A stretch of 64,000 nt of DNA from Felis catus (Eukaryota): contig NC_058368.1 of assembly GCF_018350175.1 (NCBI RefSeq), forward strand, positions 189,722,001 through 189,786,000, given 5' to 3'. A model generated the notes under the pieces. It saw only the letters and a program-made list of their open reading frames with translations. It made no database searches and was not told the DNA's origin. This document shows, one piece after another, positions 12,146 to 24,461 of this stretch (its first letter is position 1; each line of letters opens with the position of its first letter). The position numbers and the translations under genes were made by a program.

Positions 12146-12379
12146 ACGAGAAGGGAACAATCTGTGAGATCTGAAAGAGTGAAATTCTGTCTGGTTTGTT
12201 TGACATCATCCCCAGCATAGTACCTGGGCTCATCATCAGTAATCAATGTATACCTATTGAGCAACTGAATAAATGAATAAGGAAAAAGAAAACATGTGCT
12301 ACTTCCTGCATTAACCCCTCATGTGAATAAGTAATAGAAGTTTCCAAAATCTGTAACTTGTGTCTCTTAAAAATTTGAA

Positions 12380-12560
12380 GGACTGAATGGGTACTTAGTG
12401 TCAGTTTGGAAAGATGAAAAAGTTCTGGAGATGGATGGTGGTGATGGTTGTACAACAAGATGAATGTATTTAATGGCACTTTAAAATGGCTAAAATGGTC
12501 AATGTTATGTTATGTATATTTTACCACAATAAAAGAATATGAAGAAGTCAAGAAAAAAAA
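12380..12560 (+). mobile_element. L1 3' end (L1MB-like)
   Basis: GATGAAAAAGTTCTGGAGATGGATGGTGGTGATGGTTGTACAACA...TGTATATTTTACCACAATAAAA. Confidence 0.85.
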
Positions 12561-14987
12561 ACATACAATGGGCCTTAACAAAAACAGTAACTGACTTGGA
12601 TATCCCTCTTACAATAATTTCTGGAAAGAAAGTGGGGAATATCCTCAATCCTTGGGCCAAATTTCCTTCTTATCATCTTGTTTTCCTCCTAAAGCATTAG
12701 AATTTGTGACAGGTCATGTTCATTATGCCACAATGTTTTCCATTTGCTTTTGGAGTTACACTGATGTAGGAGAGATCAATCAAGCGAGCACATTTTTATT
12801 TGGGCCTTTGGCTAGTTTACTTTTCTAAGTATCTTCATGTGTCTGCATCACAGTTTTAAACTCATACTCATCCATACACTTCCTCTAACACATAAACACA
12901 GTTACATACACACACATAAACCTGCGCAGGAAGTTAGTGTTGCTCAGACCCAACGAGTCTGTGAAGTGAATTTTTCACTGATTTATCAGTTCATTTGAGC
13001 AAACTGCAGACACAGCCTCAGAAAGACCATTCTCAGAATAGATGATCAACTTTTATCCCAGAGCAACAACTAGGAACCAATTAGAGCCATTCTCTTCAAT
13101 GGGGCTTATTATTAGTGTTAATCTGTGAATAGAAGAGTCCAATTGTGAGGAAGGTTAGCAACCCCAAATAACATGCCAGTAAGGTTTATTAGGCTTCTGC
13201 CAACACCTTTAGGCTGCCTTAATTGTTTCTTCAGGGCTGGTTTCACACAGAGAATGGAGTCATTTCCAGTGCTCCAGCCTAGTTTCTCAGCTTCAGGTGC
13301 AAAAGGCAGGGAAGAGCCCAGAAAACTTGGGTCTCTCTACTAAACCTATCAGAGAGGTATTTTAAGGCACATACACAATGTTGCACATCTAAAATCAGTA
13401 GAATAGAACCTGGAGCCCAAATCTGTCTTACTCGAAGTCTATTACATTTCTACTACATCACACACTGACCCACTGCTGAAGAGTCAGTCCTCAGAAAAAG
13501 ACCAAGCCAATGTATGCCTTCAACAACTATTCTTCAGTCCTTCCCCTATATCCTGGCCCCCTTCCAGCAGCCCTCCCTCTCATTCTTTTACAGGAGCCTA
13601 GTCCCCTGCCATACACACCCATTAAGGAATAAGGCAGTCAACCTCAAGCCAACCTTTCAAGCCAACCTCATCTAGAACTAACTGGGTGCTTTACTTTGGG
13701 CCTGAACCTGTGTTAAATGTCTCACATATGTTATGAAAAATATTTTGTAAAATCTTATTCTTGGATATGATTGGTGATGCTGAGGTCTGAGAAGTCATCA
13801 GCAAAACCAGAGCCTGAATTTATGACACCAGACCAAGTTCCAGGCCTTTCTATTCTACCACATTGCCCTTGGGGCCAAAACTTACAACTCCATCTTCCTT
13901 ACCACAGTGAATGTCAGTAAGTGGAGTATAATATTGACTTTGTCATATAAACAAAGCAGGCAAGGGAGAGAATGGAGACGGCAAAGAAACAAGGAGCCCT
14001 TAGCCAAGGGAAGAAAGGACTTTTCTATAAACAAAGCTCTCTTACATTTTGCTTTCAAAGAATTTCTTTATAGCCACAAGGACTCTATGAAATACATTTG
14101 TGTTGGAAAGCACAAGAATGTATCAATATTTCTTCTGTGTTTTCTATGCCTTGGGTTGAAGGAGCTTGGCAAAAATTGTTCCTTCCAGCAGGAAGCTGAC
14201 CCTGATCCCAGCAGATAAATAAGGTAAGATGGATCCAGAGCCAGTCTTGATAGTGTCCCAAAGCCCTCCCACTCCTCTGACCAATATCTTAGAAAACGAG
14301 ATCAGACGTTTCCCAAGAGATTTGCCCACAAGAGGCTCATTATTCTTTGAATCAGTCTGGAGTAAAAATCCCTCTGTGAAAACAGCCTTCCCTTGGAGAG
14401 CTTAATGTTATTTCCTGTCTCAAGATCGCCAGGGCTGAGAGTACTCACTCATGAGCACCCCTTTGCAAAGTTGGGAGCGGTGTGGTGTGCAGGGAAAGAC
14501 TTTTTATAGAGATTCAGGTCAAGGAGCAAGAGAAGATTCAAGCTGGATCTTGATTTTTCTTTTCTTTTCTTTTTCTCAGCCAATAAAACTATCCAAGAAA
14601 TTGCTTCCACAGACCAACAAACTGAAGGTTTGAAAGGAGGGATTCTAAGCTCTTAAATCTTTTTCTCTGAAATTAAACACAAAAGCAAACTAACACTACC
14701 AAACCAGTAGTAAACAACTTTGATGAAAACTAATCGGTCAAATCAGTGTGGCAGGGATATTTGGTGTCCTTTGAAAGTGCCATAAAATCATACAGTTATC
14801 AGACAGTAAGTCTCTAGCCTGCAACCCAGGACAATGGAGGAAACTTGCCGTGGATGAAATTGATACACAGAAATTCCTCCCTGGGCAGCATGTACTTACC
14901 AGGGAAGTTGGTGCCTGAGCTTGGGAAGAATCAGAGTCAAATGTAACAAACAGTTCCAGGGCAGAGCTAAGCTGACCAACAACATGT

Positions 14988-15026
14988 GTTTTGTTTGTTT
15001 GTTTGTTTGTTTGTTTGTTTGTTTTT
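14988..15026 (+). repeat. (GTTT)n microsatellite
   Basis: Tandem GTTT units. Confidence 0.9.
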
Positions 15027-15030
15027 GCCT

Positions 15031-15108
15031 ATTTTACAAACTCGAGTTTGTAAAACTTATGTTACAAACATAGTTTGTAACTATGTTACAAACTCGAGTT
15101 TGTAAAAT
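15031..15108. repeat. Nested inverted-repeat / tandem palindrome cluster
   Basis: TTTTACAAACTCGAGTTTGTAAAA (15032-15055), GTTACAAAC-ATA-GTTTGTAAC (15061-15081) and TTACAAACTCGAGTTTGTAA (15086-15105). Confidence 0.95.
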
Positions 15109-15599
15109 TTAAAGAGTTGAAGAGAAGAGTTAAATCTTCCACTGACAAGTCTCCTGGGGAGCTTGTTTCTATTCTCTTGCTGGTTATGGCATTTGAAAAC
15201 CCCAAGCCAAGTGGTCCTCGTGGAATGTGCAAGGAAAATTCCACTTCATCTGATTGACACCACACTAGAGTCAAATTGCAAAGCTGGCCGAAGCCTCATG
15301 ATATACGCGGAAAACAAAATGCCTTGGGTTCCCATACTGGCCCTGCCACCATGTCCATGGGAGATCAATGCGAGACCTTATTTTTCTCCTCTGCAAAATG
15401 AGGCTTTGGATTAGATCATCTCTAGCATTCCTTTAAGCCTTCACAATCTAGATTTCTAAATTTATCTCTGGCCCTTTTTATTTCCCTCTATTCCAAGTCC
15501 TTCTCCCCAAGTTTTGTCACTTGCCTACTACATTCTAAGGCAGAGGACAAACCCAGACATTTCTGTAAATGGTAATGTCTGTAAATATTATGATTTAAA

Positions 15600-15601
<2 letters not shown>

Positions 15602-15630
<29 letters not shown>
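15602..15630 (+). repeat. (CA)n microsatellite, followed by a minus-strand MIR (about 15640-15790)
   Basis: About 14 CA units, then TTTTGCAGATGCAGAAGCTGAGAGGGATTAAAGCACTCGCCCAAGGTC. Confidence 0.85.
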
Positions 15631-15635
<5 letters not shown>

Positions 15636-16439
15636 ATAAAGGTTTTGTGATCTTTGTTTTGCAGATGCAGAAGCTGAGAGGGATTAAAGCACTCGCCCAA
15701 GGTCAAAGGTCAAGAAGAGGGTTGTGTCTGAATTTGAATTCAGGACCATCAAACTCTGAAGTTCACATTCTCTTCGCTATACCCTGCAGTCTCCCTCTGT
15801 GGCCCTGGACCTTTTCTAAGAGTCCCAGGGCAAATGGCTCTTTTTTTTCTCAACTTGAAATTCCTAAGGAACAAACCTCTGTTCCCCATCAAAGCTTAAA
15901 TGTCCTATCTCTCACTTCCTCAAATGCTTATCAGTTTTGCACACATTTTCTTTGTAACTGAGATAGAATAACCTATTCTGATAACTTATTCCAACCCATT
16001 TATAAAAAAGAGGAAGAAACTGAAGCCCAGACAGGAAGCATTTTGCTCATACTCACAGAGTATTTACACATAAGACCCAAATATAGCCCATCAAACAAGC
16101 CCAGCAGTCACATTTTAAACTTTTTAAAGCTTTAATTTGTCACACAGCCATGACTACTAAAATGTCACTGAATTACCTCAATTAACATATTAACTCTCAT
16201 AGGTAATATTTTTTTATAAATATGTTCTCTTTCATAATAAAAATAATACATGTTTATTTTTGACAATCTGGAAATTAAAGCAAAACAGGACAAGAAAGAA
16301 ATCCATGTACAAATCACCCAAAAAAGAGGAAAGTTAATTTTACCAAATTTACTTCCAGTACTTTCTCTTTCTTTTCTTTGACATCATTTCAGTTTTATTT
16401 TTTATAAAACTTTTTTTTCTGATTTTAAAAATATGTGGT

Positions 16440-17660
16440 CCACAAAGAGACACCACTGCACCCCCATCAGAAGGACTAAAACTTAAAAAAAAATTTTTTT
16501 AAAAAGACTGACACCATCAAATATTGGCAAGGATATGGAGCAACCAGAGCTTGCTTATATTGTTGTCAAGAGTATAAAATGATACAACCACTCTGAGAAT
16601 GGGCCTGGCAGTTTCTTACAAAACTAAATATATACCTACTCTATGACCCAGAACTTCACCCAGGTACCTACCCAAGAGAAAAACATATGTCCATAAGTGA
16701 CTGTATAAGAATGTTCATAACAGCTTTATTTATAATAGCCCCAAACCGAAAACGGACTAGGTGTCCGTCAATAGGAAAATGGAAATACCAAAAGTGATAC
16801 ATTCATACCACCCTCACGACAGAGAACAACAAGCCCCTGGTACATGCAGTAGCATGATTGAATCTCAAAAACATTACGTTGAATAAAAGAAGCTTTACAC
16901 AAAAGACTATATACTAGACGAATCTATTTACATGAACTTCTGTAACAGGCAAAACTAATCTATGCTGGAAAAAACGAGAACAGAAGTTGCTTTGGGGAAA
17001 GGGATTGATTGGAGGTGAAGGAATTTTCCAAGGTGATGTCAATGTTCTGTGTCTCACTGCGGATTTGTCAGGTGGATGTATTTTCAGAACCCACTGAATG
17101 GTACATAGAATCTGTGCATTTCATCACAAGTAAATACTACCTCCTAAAGAAAAAAAAAAGTACCCAAACAAATTCTTAATTTTAAAAAATGCATAATGAA
17201 GTATTTGGGCAAAGGTATAGAGAGGCCAACGATGTATCTTGAAACGCATCAGAAAATAAAATGGATAAACAGAGAAATGGATAGATCAGTGATAAAACAA
17301 ATATAGTAAAATGTTAATTGTAGAATCTAGGTTGTGGGTATATGGGTACTCACTGTAATTCTTCCATATTTTCTGTATGTGTGAGAACTATCATAATAAA
17401 ATGTCTGGGGGAGGGGCGCCTGGGTGACTCAGTTGGTTAAGTGTCCGACTTCAGCTCAGGTCATGATTTCGTGGTTCATGAGTTTGAGCCCCATGTTGGG
17501 TTCTGTGCTGATAGCTCAGAGCCTGGAGCCTGCTTCAAATTTTGGGTCTCCCTCTCTCTCTGCCCCTCCCCAGCTTTCACTCTGTCTCTGTCTCTCTCTC
17601 TCAAAAAATAAATAAACATTAAAAAAAATGTTTTTAATGTCTGGGGGAAAACTTAAAAAA
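16440..17660 (+). mobile_element. Old L1 (L1MC/MD-type) ORF2 end and 3' UTR
   Basis: GACTGACACCATCAAATATTGGCAAGGATATGGAGCAAC, CTATGACCCAG, GAATGTTCATAACAGCTTTATTTATAATAGCCCCAAAC and ACAGGCAAAACTAATCTATG. Confidence 0.85.
17413..17635 (+). mobile_element. SINEC_Fc-type SINE in the L1 tail
   Basis: Full-length; TSD AATGTCTGGGGGA at 17400-17412 / 17636-17648. Confidence 0.95.
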
Positions 17661-19249
17661 AAAATTAGAATATATGGGAAACTCAAAAAGTTCAAAGAAA
17701 ATAAGCCTCTCCCAAAACACTAATGCCCAACAACATTGAAAACAACGGTGAATTGCCTTCCATCCTTTTCTTCTGGATTTACGGTTAGGTGGGTGTTTTT
17801 TACAAAATTAGTATCAAGCAGATATAAATCTTCCTAGTATGAAGTAGCAATTTATGAATGACACTTTCCCAGATCATGAAATACTCTTCAAAAATATTGT
17901 ATTATAATTTATTTAAATTTATTTTGAATATTTTAGGTTAATTTTCCACTACTATAAATAACACTTTCATGAACATAGACAAGTAAATATGCATTTTGTC
18001 TAGGGCCTTACAGCCACCCCACGCTATTACAAAAAGGAAATACTTTTCAAAACAATATAGCATTGTTGTTTAACAGGTGGAAATATGTCTACCTCCACCG
18101 CCTACTAAACGGAAATGTGCTAAGTCTCCCTAGGTCTATTTCTTCTTCTGGATTCCAAGGTAGTTATTACTGGAAGTGCCTAGCACTGTGCCTGGCACAT
18201 AACTAACTCCCAATAAATGGCAGCTATTATATTTCACCCAGTCATGTTACTTGTGCACTGTGACAGCTAGTTGAGAATATTTCTGACAAAGGAAATATTT
18301 GGGGAAACACTGCAAGAACCATAGACATAACAAAAGCCTGTCTGATTTGACTTAGTATCACCACATCTCGCACAGTTTCAATCCTATAAGAGGTACTCAA
18401 TAAATATAAGCTAAATAAATTAGTAATGAATGAATGCATAAAGGGCAGCTACCTGACTTTAATTCACCTAGGTGTGATGGCAGCCTCAACTTCCCCTGTA
18501 AGTTTTTTTCTGCCTCTGTCCCTCTGGAAGCAGCTGAACACATCTATCCTTTGTTAGCTGAAATTGTATGACATGCCTCAACCGGGAGACCAGAGTTCAA
18601 AGTCTGGTTCTATCTCGAACTAGCCACGTGTCTTTGGACTGCTAAAAACATACCCATTTTTCTATTTGACTATTACAATAGTCTGTAATGAGGGAGGGGT
18701 AGAGAGCATGTCATTATTCTCCTTGTTCAGATGTGGAAACTGAGGCCCAGAGAAGTGAAATGATTTGTCCAAACTCCCTCCTCTCCTCCAGACCAGGAGG
18801 CAGTCAGGTAAACAATTTCCACAGGCCTTTCTGGCTGTAAGGGGCTTAGGCTGCATTGTTTCCTTTTGACCACTGCCTGGTTGCAAATAGATCCCCCCCA
18901 TCTACTGTTCTTCATGCTACATCCTCTTGTGTTCCCTCTCCCTGCTCCCTTTCCCACAGCCAGCTGTGTCAGGTTGCGCTAGGGATTTTTGACAACAGAG
19001 GGGGCTGCTGAGCCAAACTGGGCTTTCTCCAAATAAGGAAGAAGAGCTTGCCTGCCTGCTTAGATGTAGCCTGAGTTCCTCATTCCATCCTGAGTTCTGT
19101 GAAGCCTCTTAGGTCACAGTAGCACAAAATATTCTAGGGATTTGTGGTACAAAATATAATCCATGAAGAACATGTGCTCTGGTCCTAGCTCTGCTAGTAA
19201 CAACTTGTCACCGCAGGAAAGTCCCTTCATAGAAATGTAAAAAAAGTCC

Positions 19250-20173
19250 TAGCGCAGGGGCTCTTAAACCTGGCTGCACATCAGAATCTCGCAGGCTGCT
19301 TACTGAAACACACAACCCTGGCAGATTCCCGCACTACCCAGCTATGGTCATCCCCTCTGTGTTCTTAGACATTGTCAGGCATGGTGAACCTTTGGGCCAT
19401 TACTCCTTCGAGCTGTTTGCAAACAAAGCTCTAAAGACAGCAGAAACCATTTATGCTCTGAGCACCTGGAAGAAAGAATTTGGAGAAGGAATTACAGAGT
19501 TATTCTGGGATTTCTGTGCCAGGATGGTGACTTCACATGCCTTATTGGCACTGGTGGCACGTCCTTCTATGGGGAAAAATCTAATGGTGAGAATTTCATC
19601 CTGAAGCATATGGTCCTCAAATCTTGTCTATGGCAAATGCTGGATCCCACACAGAGTTCCCAGTTTTTCATCTGCACTGTGAAGATTTAATGGATGAATG
19701 GCAAGCATGTGATCTTTGGCAAGGTAAAAGAGGGCATGACTTTTGTGAAAGCTAATGGAGCACTTTGGGTCCAGGAATGGCAAGACCAGCAAGATGATCA
19801 CATTGCTGACCATGAACAAATCTAATAAATTTGACTTGTGTTTTATCTTAACCATCAGACCATTCCTTCTGTAGTTCACAAAAGTACCCCTTCACCCTCA
19901 TCTGCTCAAAATAACCTATAATCTTTGTGATCTCACTGCAAAGAATATGGGTTCCATATTTTTCTTATCCCCCTCCAAGTCTAGCTGGATTGCAGCGTTA
20001 AGTTTATTATTATGAAATAAAAACTAAACAAAAGAAAAGGAAGAAAATACACAATCCAGGGCCCCATCTCAGACCTATTAACCAGAATCGCCAAGAGTGG
20101 AACCTGGAAATCTCTAATTTTATAATTTCAGATCCCAGGACTTTCTGATACAGAGACATGTTTGGGAACCACT
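19250..20173. mobile_element. MER5A-like hAT-Charlie DNA transposon remnant split by the PPIA retrocopy (halves about 19250-19318 and 20043-20173)
   Basis: The left half CAGGGGCTCTTAAACCTGGCTGCACATCAGAATC and the right half CCAGGGCCCCATCTCAGACCTATTAACCAGAATC...TTTGGGAACCACT are collinear with the recalled MER5A/MER5A1 consensus. Confidence 0.8.
19320..20042 (+). pseudogene. PPIA: Processed (retro) pseudogene of cyclophilin A / peptidyl-prolyl isomerase A
   Basis: ATG at 19344 reads [34 protein letters not shown], versus PPIA [34 protein letters not shown]. Other frames give [58 protein letters not shown] and FGSRNGKTSK, ending CAA ATC TAA at 19825. It is intronless, with several frameshifts and an in-frame TAA. 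A PPIA-like 3' UTR follows (TTTGACTTGTGTTTTATCTTAACC...CTAGCTGGATTGCAG), then AATAAA at 20016-20021, an A-rich tail, and a degenerate TSD at 19305-19318 / 20043-20057. Confidence 0.96.
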
Positions 20174-20324
20174 AAATTACATAAACTCAAGCTCTTTTTT
20201 TTCATTCTAGATGTAAACTCGAAATGTCAACCTCTCTTCTGCTCCCCAAAAAATACAACTCCTTTAATTTCTGGTTTATTGGTCATTGAATGCCTAAAGA
20301 ACTGTCTTAATAATGATTTGAAGG

Positions 20325-20645
20325 CAGCATTATACAGTGGAAACAGAACATGAGCCACAAATGTGAGCCACATTTATAATTTTACATTTTCTAGCAGCCA
20401 TCAAAAAACAATGTTAAAAGAAATAGGTAAAAGTAAGTTTAATAGCATATTTTAATTATTATATGCAAAATATTATTTCAACTTGCAACAGATATAAAAT
20501 TATTGAGATATTTTACATTTTTTTCTTTTGTGGTGTCTCCATGATCATTATGTATTTTACTTGTACAACATTCATCCATTTGGACTAGGCACATTTCAAA
20601 TGCTCTGTAGCCACATGTACCCAGTGGTTCCCCATTGTAAGGCTG
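20325..20645. mobile_element. MER33-like hAT-Charlie DNA transposon
   Basis: ATGAGCCACA..ATAATTTTACATTTTCTAGCAGCC and TTTGGACTAGGCACATTTCAAATGCTCTGTAGCCACATGT. Confidence 0.75.
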
Positions 20646-21849
20646 GTAAGCCGCATCAATAGCGAATAGGGCAATAATCAATTAGCAGTATCCATGATGA
20701 GCAGGATATTGGGGGCGAGACACATGTGCCCTATAGTTGTCATCACTGGGTAGTAAACACCAAATGACCTAATTTCCAGTTCTCTAGAGATCAGGCAAAA
20801 GGACAAAGGTCAAAGAAGACTCCGCCTACGACTCATTCATGATGAGGAGACAGGAAATCCACACTAGCGGTTAGTGGTTAGAAGCACTTCAATAGAGTGT
20901 AACAAATATTAAAATAAGTAAGACAAAGACTTAGCCAGGAGTGGGTAGAATAGCCCAAGCACTAGCACTTGAGAATATATGATCTTCCTATCTCAGGGTC
21001 AGTATAATGGGCCTATTGAAGGGCTATTGATTGATTTATACGGAACATTCACAGTGTGGTTGAATATCCACTATGAGAGATAGCCAGCTGATACATTGCA
21101 GAAAAAGGAGGGGAGGAAGGTACCTAGGCCACGAAAATAATAACATAATCAGTAATAACAATAGATCACATTGAAAAATTATAATTTTTAAAAGCACTTT
21201 ATTATCCATTTTCATTTGTTCTTTATGACATGAGCAGGCAGATGAGATGTGTGTGCCCATTTTAGACTGGGGAACTGAGGTTCAGAGAGGTATGTGTTTG
21301 CCTAAGTCTCAATAGCCAGGGAGTAAATAGCATAGTTTCTCCACATGAAGCTCTCTGGTCCATATAGGAATTCAATCCTGGTCTCATTATCAGTGAACTC
21401 TGGCCAACTACTTACCTGATGCAGCTATAAATATCATTAATTCACTTTTCAAAGGCCTTTCCTCTTCTAATAGATTAAGTCCTGTTAGCTTCCTATCCAC
21501 TCCCTCCTCTGTGTCTGCGTCTGCCACTTCCTCTGCCCCTCTGCTGTCTCTAATCATTCATCTCCCTGGAAGGTGTAAATGCCTTTGCCTGGGGCAAGGA
21601 TGCCTTTTCTACAGCACCACGTGGAGCTGACAGCCCACTGGTAATACAGAAAGCAGCACTTTCCTCTGCTGGCTGAGCCCAGATAACAACTTGCAAAGTC
21701 ACTCGTGGAGGCATGGAAAGGTTTTGAGCATGTGATGAAATGAGCCGATGTGTAAGGCAGACGAACAGTTGAAGTGGAAAGAGGAAGAACCAGAAATAAA
21801 AAGAGGAAGAAGGAAGGAATAGTAATAGTCAATATTGGCTCTTTTTCCC

Positions 21850-22130
21850 ATTCAGCTCTTAGCTTCTATTAGTTCCTCAGAGAGGCCTTATCTGTATAGG
21901 CTACCCATCACGTCACTCTCTATCAGATGATCATCCTTTGGTTCTGCACAGCATCTGTCACTCTCAGATGTCTTTGTTATTACCTGTCCCCACCCCAGAT
22001 TGACTATAAAGTCCATGAATACACAAATCATATCTGTTTTATTCACTGTTCTATCTGCAGATATTAAAACCACACCTAGACCATAGTAAACGCTCATTAA
22101 ATATTATTTTAATGAGTAAATGAGAGGTTG
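21850..22130 (+). mobile_element. L2 3' fragment
   Basis: TCCTCAGAGAGGCCTT..., GATTGACTATAAAGTCCATGA..TCTGTTTTATTCACTG, CATAGTAAACGCTCATTAAATATT..AATGAGTAAATGA. Confidence 0.65.
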
Positions 22131-23624
22131 GGCTAAGTACTTAACACCATTTACAAGTCATATCATTGAGCCCTCACCTTAATCCAAGGAATCAAGTATT
22201 AACCATCTGCATTTTACATGTTCCAATAATCTAAGCATGAGGTGATAAGAGTTTATAACCTATATACTGTAAAGTCACTAGTAATTTCCTAATCCCTCAA
22301 ATCCAAGCCCTTTTCTCAAAGAAACCTTTTCTCATTCATCCCAGCCTTGTTTTAACATTGGGAGACTGTTGACCTTGGGTTCCTCCTAGAAAATCTCTTT
22401 TGGATTCCACACATTCAGTCATTTAACAAAAGTTTATTAAGCACTGACTATGTGCCAATCGCTGTTACAAGGGTTGAGGGTGCAAAGTTTTGGCCAAGTA
22501 GAAATTAAGAAGGGACCTAATACAATAATGCTAGTTTTCTCTCCATCATTTCTTCTCAACTTCCTCCACTTTCAGGTCCCCATTTTTCCTCACTCTCTCA
22601 CATGTGAGTATCCCCAAGGTCCAGCTGCAGGCCTCTTTTTATGCACATTCCCACCTGAAAGAAAATGGTGATTTCAATCTACCTACCATTGCCTCTTAAG
22701 CAGTCACCTATATGCAAATGCCTTCGAAATCAATAATCTCCAATGTAAACCTTTCTCCTAAACTCCAAATCCACATCTCTTTTCTACCAGGACATCCCAT
22801 AATCACCTCTTCTCAACTCTACAACCTGCAAATGGAATCCATCAAGTACCCTGCCCTCCCAAACTGGCCTGAATTCCTGGCATCTATTACTACAGAGAGG
22901 TCACAAGGAAGAAACCAAAGAGACCCAACGATTTTTAGCTCCAATTAAGTTTATTATCAGCAATAGAAGCATCTGCTCCCTACCAGGTCTCTAACCCTGC
23001 CCTCCACCTCTCCAAATGTCATGGCAACCAAAAAAAAAAAAAAAAAAAAAGAAAGGTAAGTTTTCTATGGCTCAGCATGAGGAAGAGTATCCATAATGCA
23101 CTGAGTCAGTCCAGTGGTCTGAAATAACTGAAATAGCAAACTAGTAGTAGGAGAGCTGGCCTCATAAGGTGACATACAGATTGGGAGAGTGGTCAAGTGC
23201 ACTACAAGTCAGGGCTATAAGTACAATGGACGCATTTTCAGCTGCACTGTAGAGGCAGCAGAGGGCCCAAGGCCTTAGGCTTCAAGGTAGGAGGTGGGAA
23301 CAGGGGCTCTACAAGAATGTTAAAATCCTTGAAGTTAAGTCATTATGTACTATTTAAAGGCTCTATTACACTGAGTCCACTTTGACCCCCATGCAGGGAT
23401 GTGCTAGAGTCAAAAAAGCACATAGAATTTGAGTTGCAAAACAAGTGGAAAATCCTTGGCTTAGCAGATTCTGGTGTAAGGAATGAAAAGTTGACAGACT
23501 TTAGCATTAGAAAAACTTTTGCAAGTTAACTCAACCCCTTGGAGGAATTCTCTCTACTGCAGAAAAGGTAAACTGGGTTTGAGGACCACCAGTAATAAGT
23601 AGTATTAAATAAACAGGACCACTG

Positions 23625-23643
23625 CTAATAAATAAATGAATTA

Positions 23644-23682
<39 letters not shown>

Positions 23683-23685
23683 ATA
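23625..23685 (+). repeat. (AAAT)n microsatellite
   Basis: Tandem AAAT/TAAA units. Confidence 0.9.
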
Positions 23686-24240
23686 GTATCTATGTATACA
23701 TTCTTTGAGAAAGAATGGCATGATTGATGATTTCTGCCATAACAAGGAATGAGAGGCAAGGTAATAACAGGATTATCCCACCTATTTGCCATCCCAAATG
23801 GTCAGGCATTTTTAGATGTATTCTGCTAATCATAGTCAATAAACAACAACATTTTATTTTTTTTACTACACAAAAATGTGGATTTAACTTAACCAAATAC
23901 ATTTTATTTGAATCAAGTTAAGGAACAGTTGCTAACATTCCATATTGCTCAGGACAAAGCCATGGGTTCAGTCTCTGAGGGCTAGTTAACTTTGCTCTGT
24001 CAAGCAATACCTGATTTCATCCCTTAAAAAATCATAGATTTACTTATAAATATGTACTATTCCATATGGGAAAAACAGATCAAAATGAAATGCACTGTCA
24101 AAATTAAGATGTCAACTCTTCCCAAATTCATCTACAGTTTCAGTGCAATCTCAGTCCAAAATCCAAGCAAAAGAAATTTATTATTTAAATTTCTATTCAA
24201 TTCTAGAAATTGGCAAACTGATTTTAAAATTTGTGTTAAA

Positions 24241-24461
24241 GGGGCGCCTGGGTGGCGCAGTCGGTTGAGCGTCTGACTTCAGCTCAGGTCACGATCTCGC
24301 GGTCTGTGAGTTCGAGCCCCGTGTCGGGCTCTGGGCTGATGGCTCAGAGCCTGGAGCCTGTTTCCGATTCTGTGTCTCCCTCTCTCTCTGCCCCTCCCCC
24401 GTTCATACTCTGTCTCTCTCTGTCTCAAAAATAAATAAACGTTAAAAAAAAAATTAAAAAA
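24241..24461 (+). mobile_element. Young SINEC_Fc
   Basis: CpG-rich; TSD AAAATTTGTGTTAAA at 24226-24240 / 24462-24476. Confidence 0.96.

Noticed and set aside
14894..14960. Isolated consensus splice donors (minus strand at 14900 and 37635; plus strand near 7805 and 14223)
   Set aside because: No convincing paired acceptor or reading frame; such motifs are frequent by chance.
15031..15108. CRISPR-like array interpretation of the palindromic repeats
   Set aside because: Mammalian context, spacers of only about 3-5 nt, and no cas genes or leader.
19628..19879. 83-aa ORF antisense to the PPIA pseudogene, and the 86-aa sense ORF 19344-19604 as a functional protein
   Set aside because: The antisense ORF is a shadow of former coding sequence. 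The sense ORF leaves the PPIA frame after about 47 codons, before the catalytic region.
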